A stretch of DNA of 64,000 bases from an uncultured Planctomycetaceae bacterium (GTDB taxonomy: Bacteria; Planctomycetota; Planctomycetia; Planctomycetales; Planctomycetaceae): contig CAWFGE010000008.1 in assembly GCA_963815195.1 (NCBI GenBank), positions 512,001 to 576,000 of the forward strand, written 5' to 3'. A model generated the notes under the pieces. That model had not been told where the DNA came from. It did not search any database and worked only from the letters and a program-made list of their open reading frames with translations. Below, piece after piece: positions 1 to 9,470 of this stretch. Position 1 is the stretch's first letter, and the number at the start of each line of letters is the position of its first letter. A program made the translations under genes and the position numbers.

Positions 1-1
1 C

Positions 2-217
2 CAGCCGCTCAAAATGTGGATCGAAGGCGAACCGATGTTCGAAGGCTTTCCCGGTGCGTTTAAGGCCCACAAAGCCATCCGGGTGCGAGGGCGGATCCAG
101 CGTCCCAAGGATGTGGTGGAAGAGATGCTCAAGGACGGGGGCGGCGACGCCGAGGAAAACCCCCAGGCCGGCGGCCCAGCACGCCCCGGCCCCAATCCCA
201 CCAAACAAGTCAACTGA
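2..217 (+). CDS. 3' end of an unidentified gene entering from the left edge
   Basis: Frame is open from base 2 (QPLKMWIEGEP...) to TGA at 215-217; no recognisable motif. Confidence 0.5.
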   Translation, partial: QPLKMWIEGEPMFEGFPGAFKAHKAIRVRGRIQRPKDVVEEMLKDGGGDAEENPQAGGPARPGPNPTKQVN

Positions 218-297
218 AAATCCCGGCGGGATGAAACGTAAAACAGGGAAGCGGGATGAACTCGGCCTTTCTCCCGCGGATATTCCGCTCTCACTTC

Positions 298-326
298 TTG
301 ACGCGATTCCAAATCCGGGTTAGAAA
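298..326 (+). promoter_or_regulatory. putative sigma70 promoter for infC
   Basis: TTGACG (298-303), 17 nt spacer, TAGAAA (321-326), upstream of infC. Confidence 0.35.
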
Positions 327-482
327 TATGTTGGAATATCGTCATAATTAAAAACACAGCCGAATCCACTCGACAGGCTTTATTGGTCTCGTGCCACAGA
401 CTCCGGCCTATCGGCAAAGCGGTTTTGTCGTCCGGGGGACTGAAGGCGAGCGGTCCATTTCTTTCCTTTTTTGAGATTGAGG

Positions 483-1010
483 ATGCCACCAGCGACGGAA
501 AACACACATCGTGTCAACGACCAGATTCGAATTACGCCCATTCGGGTTGTCGATCAAGACGGGGAGATGCTGGGGATCATTCCCACGGCGGAAGCCCTGA
601 AGACGGCCGCGGAGGCGGGCATGGACCTTGTGGAAGTCGCTCCCAACGAGCGGCCCCCGGTTTGCCGGATCATGGACTATGGGAAGTTCAAATACGAGCA
701 AACCAAGAAGAAAAAGGACGCGCAGAAGACGCATCAGGTCCAGGTCAAGGAAATTCGCTTGCGTCCGAAAACGGGGGACCATGACATCGAGTTCAAAGTC
801 AAGCGGGCTCGCTCGTTTTTGGACCAGAAGGACAAGGTCAAGATCAACGTGATTTTCCGCGGCCGGGAAAACGCCCACCACAACCGCGGGCGGGAAATGC
901 TGGAAGAGATCATCCAATCTTTGGAAGATGTGGCCAAGGTCGAAAAAGCCCCGGGCATGGAGAGCGGGCGGACGATGAGCGTGATCCTCGCCCCCCGGGT
1001 CACGAAATAA
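483..1010 (+). CDS. infC: translation initiation factor IF-3
   Basis: RVNDQIR..., [50 protein letters not shown] motifs; lies before rpmI-rplT; exact start uncertain. Confidence 0.97.
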   Translation: MPPATENTHRVNDQIRITPIRVVDQDGEMLGIIPTAEALKTAAEAGMDLVEVAPNERPPVCRIMDYGKFKYEQTKKKKDAQKTHQVQVKEIRLRPKTGDHDIEFKVKRARSFLDQKDKVKINVIFRGRENAHHNRGREMLEEIIQSLEDVAKVEKAPGMESGRTMSVILAPRVTK

Positions 1011-1242
1011 CCGCGGTCCCAACCCGTCCCGGTCTCGCCTGCCACCCGTTTTGCCGGTCCGGAGGCCAAAACTTTTGGGAAAGTCGGAGAATTTCGCAAA
1101 ACTCTCTGGCTCCTGCGGTGGAAAATGTGGCGCTCGCTCCACCTATAATGCTTCCCTTTCCGGCCGGGATTGAATACCGAAGCCAACACACCGGCGGCAT
1201 CATGCCGCCGTGGATCGATTAGACCCTCAAGTGGCCAGAACC

Positions 1243-1443
1243 ATGCCCAAGCAGAAAACCCACAAAGGAATGAAAAAGCGGTTCAAAGTGACCGCTTCCG
1301 GGAAAATCAAACACCGCAAGGCATTTCGCGGCCATAAGTTAAGCCACAAATCCGGCAAGCGGAAGCGGGGGCTGCGGCAAGACGGCGTCGCGACCGGGGC
1401 CGACGCGAAAACCATCCGGGACGCCCTGCTGCCCGGCCTGTAA
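1243..1443 (+). CDS. rpmI: 50S ribosomal protein L35
   Basis: [24 protein letters not shown] signature; sits between infC and rplT. Confidence 0.97.
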   Translation: MPKQKTHKGMKKRFKVTASGKIKHRKAFRGHKLSHKSGKRKRGLRQDGVATGADAKTIRDALLPGL

Positions 1444-1499
1444 AAACCGCCGAGGCCTGTTTTCTTTATTCAACGCCAACAAACGAACGAGTTTCCGTA

Positions 1500-1865
1500 A
1501 TGAGAGTCAAGTCCGGCAAATCGCGTTTGAGGTCGAAAAAACGCTTGTTCAAGGAAGCCAAGGGCAACCGCGGCGGCCGTGGCAAGCTCCTGCGAACCGT
1601 GAAGGAAACCGTGGTCCGCGCGCGGGCGTTCGCCTATCGCGACCGCCGCAACCGCAAACGGGAATTCCGCCGGCTGTGGATTACCCGGCTCTCGGCGGCC
1701 TGCCGGATGCATGGCCTCCAGTATTCCGAGTTCATCAACGGGCTGAACCTCGCGAACATCGACCTGAACCGCAAATCGCTGAGCGAATTGGCGATTTCCG
1801 ACCCTGCCGTGTTCAGGGAAGTCGTGGAACTCGTCAAATCCGCGCTCCAGTCCAAAGCCGCCTGA
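1500..1865 (+). CDS. rplT: 50S ribosomal protein L20
   Basis: [37 protein letters not shown] motifs. Confidence 0.98.
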   Translation: MRVKSGKSRLRSKKRLFKEAKGNRGGRGKLLRTVKETVVRARAFAYRDRRNRKREFRRLWITRLSAACRMHGLQYSEFINGLNLANIDLNRKSLSELAISDPAVFREVVELVKSALQSKAA

Positions 1866-1900
1866 CGGCAGCCTGGCTTTGTTCCATTCACGATCCACCC

Positions 1901-1929
1901 AGCACCCGGTTTCTCAGAAGCCGGGTGTT
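1901..1929 (+). terminator. stem-loop after rplT (terminator or short palindromic repeat)
   Basis: AGCACCCGGTTTCT/AGAAGCCGGGTGTT inverted repeat followed by T-rich sequence. Confidence 0.45.
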
Positions 1930-1976
1930 GATGTTTGTAAGAAATCTTTATCTTAATCCTGCGTAAGCCTGAAAAA

Positions 1977-2109
1977 TGAGCGGCACGGCGCTAGCCGCCG
2001 GTCTGCGTAAGTGGGCGTGGTCTCTACTCGACCAACATCCGCGCAACGTGCCGGTCTGCGTAAGTGGGCTTGGTCTCTACTCGACCGGCGGCTAGCGCCG
2101 TGCCGCTCA
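1977..2109. repeat. composite REP-like element: 27-bp inverted arms enclosing a 37-bp direct repeat
   Basis: TGAGCGGCACGGCGCTAGCCGCCGGTC (1977-2003) is the perfect reverse complement of 2083-2109; 1997-2033 and 2050-2086 differ at one base. Confidence 0.9.
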
Positions 2110-2166
2110 CATCAATCCCACTTATGGGACAGTCTCTAAGATTTAAGCGTAAGAAGAGATTCTCCT

Positions 2167-3183
2167 ATGGACCCTTTGACGGCATTTACGGAATACGAAG
2201 ACGCTTCGATCAAAGCCATCGCCGCGGCCGATTCTCAAGAGGCGTTGGAGCAAGTCCGCGTGGAGTTCTTGGGGCAGAAAAAAGGCCAACTCCGCGAGCT
2301 GCAAACGCTGATCGGCAAAGCGGACAAGGAACAGCGTCCCGTTTTGGGGAAGAAGTTCAACGAAGTCAAGGAACGGGTGAATGCCGCGTTCGACCAGCGG
2401 AAGCAGGAACTGGAAAAACCGCAAGCTGACGTGGCGGGCTTCGATGTTACGCTGCCGGGGCAAGCTTATGAGCAGGGACGCCGGCATCCGCTGACGCAGA
2501 CCATCGACGAGTTCAAGGACCTGATGGGCCGGTTCGGGTTCACGGTGGCCGAGGGTCCGGAGATCGAAGACGAGCGGCACAATTTCGTGGCCCTCAATAT
2601 CCCCGAAGAGCACCCGGCCCGCGATCCGCTCGACAACTTCTATCTCGCCACGGCTCAGACCGCAGCGGGAAAAAAGGGCAGCCAAGGCCCGGTGCTGCTC
2701 CGCAGCCAGACTTCCACGGTGCAAATCCGCGTGATGGAAACGACCAAGCCGCCGATCCGCATTGTCTCCGTCGGCCGGGTTTACCGCCCCGACACGATCG
2801 ACCGCACGCACTCCTGCATGTTCCATCAAATGGAAGGCCTGATGATCGGCGAGCGCGTGACGATGGCCCAACTCAAAACCATCTTGAGCATGTTCGCCCA
2901 CACGTATCTGGGCGAGGATGTCAACGTGCGGTTTCGGCCGTCGTTCTTCCCCTTCACCGAGCCTTCGGTCGAAGTCGATATGAGTTGGGGCGGCGGCTGG
3001 ATGGAGATCGGCGGCGCGGGCATGGTCGATCCGCACGTGCTCCGGGCGGTGGGCTACGATCCGGACGAAGTCAGCGGGTTTGCGTTCGGGCTGGGCATCG
3101 AGCGGTTCTGCATGCGCCGCCATCACATCGAAGACATCCGCCGGTTCTACGAAAACGACGTCCGCTTTCTGCGGCAGTTTTGA
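2167..3183 (+). CDS. pheS: phenylalanine--tRNA ligase alpha subunit
   Basis: [48 protein letters not shown] motifs. Confidence 0.98.
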   Translation: MDPLTAFTEYEDASIKAIAAADSQEALEQVRVEFLGQKKGQLRELQTLIGKADKEQRPVLGKKFNEVKERVNAAFDQRKQELEKPQADVAGFDVTLPGQAYEQGRRHPLTQTIDEFKDLMGRFGFTVAEGPEIEDERHNFVALNIPEEHPARDPLDNFYLATAQTAAGKKGSQGPVLLRSQTSTVQIRVMETTKPPIRIVSVGRVYRPDTIDRTHSCMFHQMEGLMIGERVTMAQLKTILSMFAHTYLGEDVNVRFRPSFFPFTEPSVEVDMSWGGGWMEIGGAGMVDPHVLRAVGYDPDEVSGFAFGLGIERFCMRRHHIEDIRRFYENDVRFLRQF

Positions 3184-3295
3184 TCCGCGTCGCAAACTCA
3201 TGGATTCGATCGCGAGATCGCGCAGGTCGAACGGTTGGATTATCGTCCAAAATTGCCGCCGTCGGGAAAAAATTGATGGGAATTTGTCAAGGCGA

Positions 3296-3304
3296 TGGTA
3301 TAAT
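3296..3304 (+). promoter_or_regulatory. extended -10 element upstream of the DUF1559 gene
   Basis: TGGTATAAT in an AT-rich intergenic stretch. Confidence 0.35.
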
Positions 3305-3529
3305 CTCTCCAAACCTCAATTTTTCTTAAATTCCGCGTAACCATTTGGGAACCCGGGCGTTTAATAGACCGAGTCGCGGTCCGCGCGCGGGAAGTCGTTG
3401 AGCGCGCCGCCGATCTCTCGCTCTCCCCCGATGTTTACACTCCCCGCGGGCCTGACGCCCAACCCCCCGCCCAAATTTTTTGGGCGACGCTTTTCACCCA
3501 TCATTCTTCACCCCAAGGATTGCCTCCAC

Positions 3530-4441
3530 ATGACCTCCAAGAAGCGCGGATTTACCCTCATCGAGCTGCTCGTCGTGATTGCGATTATCGCGATTTTGAT
3601 CGCCCTTTTGCTTCCCGCCGTGCAGCAGGCCCGCGAAGCGGCCCGCCGGTCCACGTGCAAAAACAACATGAAACAGTTGGGCATCGCCCTGCATAACTAT
3701 CACGATACGCACGGCCTGTTTCCCTCCGGCGGACTGTCCGCCGGAAACCAGTTGAGCTGGTGCGCCATGATCCTTCCCGAAGCCGATCAGGCCCCCTTGT
3801 ACAAACAGTTCAACTTCAGCACGCAAACCTACACCTCGTTCAACGCGATGGGATTGACCCGCATTCCGGTGTTTCTCTGCCCCAGCGCCATCGGCTCCAA
3901 TGAATTGACGACCAACAGCGGCGAATACTCCGGCGGCACGCCGACCTACACGACCCACTACTACGGCGTGATGGGACCCACCGGACCGATGCCCAACTCG
4001 AACCCGGTCGTCAACTACGGCGAATACACCGGCCAGCCCGGGCACGGCGACTACGGAACGACCGGACTCTTGTTCCGCAACAGCAACACCGGCATCCGCG
4101 ACATCACCGATGGGGCCTCCAACACCTTCCTGCTCGGCGAAAGCTCCTTCGGCAAAGACGCCCAGGGCAACACCAACACGGGCTATCGAATTTGGACCCG
4201 CGGGGCCTCCGGCAGCGCGATGGGCAGTTGCAAGAACATCCAATACAACATCAACTACCAGGCCTACACGTCGGCCAACTTCAACGATGTGAGCTTCGGC
4301 AGCAACCACACCGGCGGATGCCAGTTCGTGATCGGAGACGGATCCGTGCGGTTTGTCTCCGAAAACATCAACTTCAGCGTCTATCAGGGCACCGGCAGCC
4401 GGAACGGCGGCGAAGTCCAAACCGTCACCTCCTCCAACTAA
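3530..4441 (+). CDS. DUF1559 family prepilin-type N-terminal cleavage/methylation protein
   Basis: RGFTLIELLVVIAIIAILIALLLPAVQQAREAARR, NNMKQLGIALHNYHD, ITDGASNT, C-terminal H-x9-DG (HTGGCQFVIGDGSVRF). Confidence 0.95.
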   Translation: MTSKKRGFTLIELLVVIAIIAILIALLLPAVQQAREAARRSTCKNNMKQLGIALHNYHDTHGLFPSGGLSAGNQLSWCAMILPEADQAPLYKQFNFSTQTYTSFNAMGLTRIPVFLCPSAIGSNELTTNSGEYSGGTPTYTTHYYGVMGPTGPMPNSNPVVNYGEYTGQPGHGDYGTTGLLFRNSNTGIRDITDGASNTFLLGESSFGKDAQGNTNTGYRIWTRGASGSAMGSCKNIQYNINYQAYTSANFNDVSFGSNHTGGCQFVIGDGSVRFVSENINFSVYQGTGSRNGGEVQTVTSSN

Positions 4442-4478
4442 CCCATACGGGTTTCCCTTTCGCAAACCTAACCATCGG

Positions 4479-4511
4479 CACGGGCGGATCGCGAATCCGC
4501 CCGTGTTTTTT
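4479..4511 (+). terminator. Rho-independent terminator
   Basis: CACGGGCGGAT-loop-ATCCGCCCGTG followed by T6. Confidence 0.85.
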
Positions 4512-4795
4512 CACGCAGTGCGAAGCGGAACGCGGCGGACGGATTTTCGTGCTCGGCGATTTTCTTGTGTAACCCATTAACAATTCCCGATCTTTTGGTT
4601 ACAATTCTATGAGGGTCTTTCCCTAGATCCTCCGATTTTGGATACAACCCCTTTCTAAAAAACTCCCGCAAACTTCGCCTTCCCGTCAACGTTCGGATAA
4701 TTCCGCCTTCGATGGGAAGCCAGGGCCAGCCGGCGAGGAGTGGCTTTCACTCCTCCTCACCAGATCGATCCTCAATTTCCAGCGAGTTTTCGCCG

Positions 4796-6625
4796 ATGCC
4801 AAACGAGCAGAATGCATCCAGTTCTGGAGTTTTGGAGAATGGCGAGGTTCCGCCGGTTCCTCCCAAGCCCAAACCGCGAAAAAAAACCACGCCGGCCGAG
4901 TCAACCGCTCCCGTACCGCCCAAGGCCGTTGCCCCGAGGCCCGTACTGCCCAAGGCCGTTGCCCCGAGGCCCGTACCGCCCAAGGCCGTTGCCCCCAAGC
5001 CCGTCGCCCCCAAGCCCGTCGCCAAAAAGCAGGATCCGGCCGCTCCACAGGCGGCGGCTGCACCGCCCGCCGCGAAAGCCTCGGAAGCCATTCCGCCCAA
5101 GCCGGGTTTCGTCAAGCCCGCCGCGGAGCCGGCGAAACCCAAACCGGCCGCTGCCCAATCCACACCGCAGGACGAAGACGACGAGGAGGAACGCGGCGGC
5201 CGGGCCACGGCACCAGGTTGGCGGCAAATGCTCGTGGTGTATTCGGTCAGCATGATTCTGCACGTGGCCGTCTTGGCGATTCTGGGCTTGATCATCCTGC
5301 CCGCCGAGGTCCGCGAAGAGATCTTGAGCGTGATGGTCAAGACGGACAAAGTCATCGACACGCAGCCGCTCGAGGAGCCGATCGAGCAGCCCCAAGTCTT
5401 GGAAGACATGACTGTGGAGGATGCGCCGATGGACACCGAGTCGCTCGTCGATAACGATGTCGACAAGGATTCCAATTTCGAATTGAACATCAACGATTTT
5501 GAGATGTCCCTCAAGCCGGACACGACCGACGGCGCAGCGCCGCCGGTCACGATCAGTTCGATTTCCCAGGGGCGAAGCGGGGCGACGCGGGACGCCTTGA
5601 ACAAACAACGCGGAGGCAATGCCGAGAGCGATGCCGCGGTGGGCTTCGCGCTCCAGTGGCTGGCGTCGGTCCAGCGCCGCGACGGCAGTTGGGACTTTAA
5701 CGATGTGGGCAAATCCTCGGGCGAGGGGCAACTGTCCTGTCCCACCGGCGCGACCGGGCTCGCGCTGTTGGCCTTTCTCGGGGCCGGGCATACGCACATG
5801 AAAGACGGCCACTATAAGGACACGGTCAACCGCGGGCTGTTCTATATGGTGAACTCGGGAATCCGCCAGCCCGCCGGTTTGGATTTTCGCGGCCGAAGCC
5901 CCGGCAACGAAGGCATGTACGTGCAGGCGATCTGCGCGACCGCGCTCGCGGAGGCCTATGGGATGACCGAGGACCGCCGGCTCAAGCCTTATGCTCAGGC
6001 GGCCACCGAGTTCATCGTCCGCGCCCAGCACTCGGAAGGCGGCTGGCGGTACAAACCCAATACCGCGGGCGACACGTCGGTCGTGGGCTGGCAGGTCATG
6101 GCCTTAAAGAGCGCGTATCATGCGAAAGTTCCCATCCCCCGCACGGTCGGGATGGGCGTGAACAAGTTCCTCGACGATGTCTCCAATAAAGACAAATCCC
6201 AATACAGCTACATGCCGGGACAGGGGCCGAAGGCCTCTACAACGTCCATTGGCCTGTTGTGCCGAATGTACATGGGCTGGAAAGCCAACAACCCCGCGCT
6301 CGTGGAAGGCGTGAAGTACCTGGCCAAGGTCGGGCCGTCCAAAGGCGATATCTATTACGACTATTATGCCAGCCAGGTCATGATCCAATTCACCGGGGCC
6401 CGCGGCGAACTCTGGACAAAGTGGAACACGGTGATGCGGGATTGGCTGGTCCAGACGCAGAAGAAAGCCGGCCCCGAAAAAGGCAGTTGGGACGTGATCG
6501 AAAAAGGCCACAAAGGCGACCGCGGGGGCCGGCTCTACACAACCTGCCTGGCGGTGATGACGCTGGAAATCTACTACCGCGTCCTGCCGCTCTACCAACG
6601 CGCCGCGGTGGAAGCCGAGTTTTAG
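4796..6625 (+). CDS. membrane-anchored prenyltransferase/squalene-oxidase-repeat (alpha/alpha toroid) protein
   Basis: Pro/Ala/Lys-rich N-terminus, one TM helix (SMILHVAVLAILGLIIL), then WLASVQRRDGSW, ATGLALLAFLGAG, AQHSEGGWRY, GDTSVVGWQVMALKSA, GGRLYTT. Confidence 0.85.
   Translation: MPNEQNASSSGVLENGEVPPVPPKPKPRKKTTPAESTAPVPPKAVAPRPVLPKAVAPRPVPPKAVAPKPVAPKPVAKKQDPAAPQAAAAPPAAKASEAIPPKPGFVKPAAEPAKPKPAAAQSTPQDEDDEEERGGRATAPGWRQMLVVYSVSMILHVAVLAILGLIILPAEVREEILSVMVKTDKVIDTQPLEEPIEQPQVLEDMTVEDAPMDTESLVDNDVDKDSNFELNINDFEMSLKPDTTDGAAPPVTISSISQGRSGATRDALNKQRGGNAESDAAVGFALQWLASVQRRDGSWDFNDVGKSSGEGQLSCPTGATGLALLAFLGAGHTHMKDGHYKDTVNRGLFYMVNSGIRQPAGLDFRGRSPGNEGMYVQAICATALAEAYGMTEDRRLKPYAQAATEFIVRAQHSEGGWRYKPNTAGDTSVVGWQVMALKSAYHAKVPIPRTVGMGVNKFLDDVSNKDKSQYSYMPGQGPKASTTSIGLLCRMYMGWKANNPALVEGVKYLAKVGPSKGDIYYDYYASQVMIQFTGARGELWTKWNTVMRDWLVQTQKKAGPEKGSWDVIEKGHKGDRGGRLYTTCLAVMTLEIYYRVLPLYQRAAVEAEF
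4910..5023 (+). repeat. intragenic tandem repeat (3 x 30 bp plus 15-bp units) encoding PV(P/L)PKAVAPR / PKPVA
   Basis: cccgtac(c/t)gcccaaggccgttgccccgagg repeated in frame. Confidence 0.85.
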
Positions 6626-6659
6626 ATCGGCGTGCCCAATTCTGCGCGTTTTCCGGGGC

Positions 6660-6812
6660 AAATCCGAAGCACGAAATCCGAATCAAATCCCAAAACCCGA
6701 ATGTCCCAAACAAATCCCCGGCATTGATAAGTCACACCTGTCTCGCGGGGTTTTGAAATTCGAGCTTCGGTCATTGGGGTTTGTTTCGGATTTCGAGATT
6801 CGGATTTCGAAG
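6660..6812. repeat. inverted cluster of degenerate heptamer repeats (AAATCCG / CGGATTT)
   Basis: aaatccgaagcacgaaatccgaatcaaatccc... mirrored by ...tttgtttcggatttcgagattcggatttcg. Confidence 0.65.
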
Positions 6813-6949
6813 TCTCCGGCGTGAATCGCCCCCCAAATTGAATTGGTCGGTGATCCTTGGTCGCTTGAATTCGCACGGCCGTCTCGGAAACGTTAGAATG
6901 CCTTCGCGAGTTGACTTTCCTCAGCAACAACGGACCAAGGACAAAACCG

Positions 6950-8365
6950 ATGCCCAGCCGACTCCGGTACGATGCGACGGCCGCCAAGAAACTCATCCCG
7001 TCGGAGCACTTTGAGGAACTGGAGCCCGAGCTGCTCGGAGCGCGGGACGAGATGTTCGAGGATGTGGGGCTCTGGGAATCAAACGGGGAGATCCCGGCCC
7101 ACAAACAGCCCCTGGATGCGGGCTTCATTCCGCTGCCCGCGAAGATGCTCGAAAGCCGATCCGAAGGGCTGCTCAAGAATATCCAAACCACCGCCGGTCG
7201 GCTCCGCGAGGAACTGGGCAGCGTGGTGTCGCTCGGCATCGGCGGCTCGTACATGGGGGCGCGGGCGCTGTTTGAAGCGCTGTGTCACCCCTATCACAAC
7301 GAACTCCCCGCCGAGGTCCGCGCCCGGCATACGGGCGGGAACGCAGTGCCCCGGATTTACTTTGAAGGCAACAACCTCGACACCGACGCGATGCAGGGGC
7401 TGTTGGACCTTCTCGAATGCCAATCGCAGTCTAAGCCCGGGCAGGACGGGCGGTGGGGGATTGTCGTCATCAGCAAGTCCGGCGGAACGTTAGAGACCGC
7501 GGCGGCGTTTCGCGTGTTCCGCAAAGCCTTGGAAGACCGCTACGGAGCCGACTCCGAAGACGCCCGCAAGTACATCGTCCCCGTGACCGGCGAAACGGGG
7601 AAACTTCGCAATCTTTCAATTGCCCAAGGTTACCCCGACGTGTTCCCCATTCCCGACGGCGTGGGCGGAAGGTTTTCGGTGTTCTCCGCGGTCGGACTCT
7701 TGCCCGCGGCGATTTTGGGTTTGGACGTGGAAGGGCTGCTCGAAGGCGCGGCCGACATGACCGAGCACTGCCGGTCCGCTCCGCTCGGCGAGAATCCCGT
7801 CCTGGATTACGTCGCCGTCTGCCACCTCTTGGAGGAAGAGCATGGCATGAAGACGCGGATTCTCTCGACCTGGGGATCGCGATTGGAGGCGTTGGGTCTG
7901 TGGTACGATCAACTCCTCGCCGAGAGCCTGGGCAAAGAAGAGCAAGGGGCGTTGCCTTTGACCGTCGTCAATACCCGCGACCTGCACAGCCGGGGCCAGC
8001 AGCACCAAGAAGGGACCCGCGACAAGCTCATCACGAACCTCTGGGTGGTGGAGCCTAGCGCGACGCCCATTTCGCTCCCCGAGTTCGCGGGCGATGAAGA
8101 CCAGCTCAACCGGCACGCGGGAAAAACGGTTCCGCAAATGCTCAAGGCGGCCTTTCAAGGCACGAACCAGGCCTACGCCGACGTCCACCGTCCCACCGCC
8201 GATTTGATCCTGCCCCAACTCGACGCATACGCCATCGGCCAGACGCTGCAAATGCTGATGCTGGCCACCGTCGTCGAAGGCCGGCTCATCGGCATCAATC
8301 CCTACGGCCAACCGGGCGTCGAAGCCTACAAAAAAAACATGACCGCAATCCTCTCGGGCGAATGA
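6950..8365 (+). CDS. pgi: glucose-6-phosphate isomerase
   Basis: LGIGGSYMGAR, VISKSGGTLET, VGGRFSV, QLLAESLGK, DLHSRGQ, NPYGQPGVEAYK. Confidence 0.95.
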   Translation: MPSRLRYDATAAKKLIPSEHFEELEPELLGARDEMFEDVGLWESNGEIPAHKQPLDAGFIPLPAKMLESRSEGLLKNIQTTAGRLREELGSVVSLGIGGSYMGARALFEALCHPYHNELPAEVRARHTGGNAVPRIYFEGNNLDTDAMQGLLDLLECQSQSKPGQDGRWGIVVISKSGGTLETAAAFRVFRKALEDRYGADSEDARKYIVPVTGETGKLRNLSIAQGYPDVFPIPDGVGGRFSVFSAVGLLPAAILGLDVEGLLEGAADMTEHCRSAPLGENPVLDYVAVCHLLEEEHGMKTRILSTWGSRLEALGLWYDQLLAESLGKEEQGALPLTVVNTRDLHSRGQQHQEGTRDKLITNLWVVEPSATPISLPEFAGDEDQLNRHAGKTVPQMLKAAFQGTNQAYADVHRPTADLILPQLDAYAIGQTLQMLMLATVVEGRLIGINPYGQPGVEAYKKNMTAILSGE

Positions 8366-8415
8366 ACAACAGCCGCCACATAGAGGTGGCTGACACCTCC
8401 CGCTTGCCTGGCCTA

Positions 8416-9345
8416 TCAAAGCAGATCGCGGAGGTGGAAATGGTGCGGGCCGAGTTTGCCGCCGTAGTTGCCGGCGGTGATGAGAGACAGTTCCCCCTGT
8501 TCGCAAGCCGCGTGGAGGCCGGCGCGCATGGCGTCTTGGACCGCGGTTTCGGACAGGCCATCGATGACGATTTCATAGACCGCCTGGGCGTCCGGCGGGA
8601 TGGCGGTTTTCGTGAGCGGGCGGATCGTGGGGCAGTAGGCGTCGTTCGTGCTGGCTTTGAGGGCTTTGTATTTCGACCCGACTTTGCTGCCGCTGCGCAC
8701 GATCCCGCCGGGGAACGGCAGGATGATGTCCCTCAATTTTCGGATCGCGGCCACGGCGGATTCGGCCGCCTGAAGCGCCGCCTCCGGCGATCGGCCGCAG
8801 AGGATCAGGTTTCCGCCCGCGACGCCTTTGACGGTTCCAAAGCGGTCTTCGCAGACGAACTCGCCGTCCATCACCGGCAATCGCCAAAACCGTCTCGCGC
8901 CGAGTTTCTTGGAGATTTGAAACCCGTCGCCGAAGAACCGCAGCCGCCCGCCCACGGGGATTTGCTTTTCGCGCGGGCAATCTTCGAGGCCGTTGTAGCA
9001 CGCGGTCGTCGGGCAGGTTAGAACGCATTGCCCCACGCGGTTCGCGACGGCTTCGGCCAGCTTGTCCCGGCTGAAGGCGAACACGAGCACAGAGACCCCG
9101 GGCCGGCCGTCGGGCGTTTCCTCCGGGGAGACCGACCTTTCCACCGCGGCTTCGACATCGCAGGCGATCACGCTGGTGGAGAATCCACAGAACTCGCCGG
9201 CGGCGATCCGCGCCCAGTGCTCGGAAGCCGCCGTGATCAACAGCCGCGTTCCCACAATCGGAAACGCTTCGGCAAACGTATCGCGGACGGGGACCCCGTT
9301 GAGTTCAAGGAGCGGGGCTTCCGCGGTGGAGGACGAATCGATCAA
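8416..9345 (-). CDS. fhcD: formylmethanofuran--tetrahydromethanopterin N-formyltransferase (Ftr/FhcD)
   Basis: DTFAEAF, TSVIACDVEA, TPDGRPG, RVGQCVLTCPTTACYNG, PFPGGIVRSGSKVGSKY, VYEIVIDG, AGNYGGKLG. Confidence 0.95.
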   Translation of the reverse strand: MIDSSSTAEAPLLELNGVPVRDTFAEAFPIVGTRLLITAASEHWARIAAGEFCGFSTSVIACDVEAAVERSVSPEETPDGRPGVSVLVFAFSRDKLAEAVANRVGQCVLTCPTTACYNGLEDCPREKQIPVGGRLRFFGDGFQISKKLGARRFWRLPVMDGEFVCEDRFGTVKGVAGGNLILCGRSPEAALQAAESAVAAIRKLRDIILPFPGGIVRSGSKVGSKYKALKASTNDAYCPTIRPLTKTAIPPDAQAVYEIVIDGLSETAVQDAMRAGLHAACEQGELSLITAGNYGGKLGPHHFHLRDLL

Positions 9346-9374
9346 GGGAGCATCCGTGAGTTCAAACGGGGCGT

Positions 9375-9447
9375 GATCAGCCGGAACGCGCTCGCGTCCG
9401 GTTGTCGCAAGGAACCGGGGCGGACCGGTGCCCCCCTGCGGCTAATC
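9375..9447. repeat. REP-like doublet, family B
   Basis: gatcagccggaacgcgctcgcgtccggtt ... aaccggggcggaccggtgcccccctgcggctaatc; related copies at 11845, 15197 and 51150. Confidence 0.8.
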
Positions 9448-9470
9448 AATGCGATATGAAACACCGCTTA

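Noticed and set aside
1997..2086. 37-bp direct repeats as a mini CRISPR array
   Set aside because: Only two copies, a 16-nt spacer, embedded in REP arms, and no cas genes.
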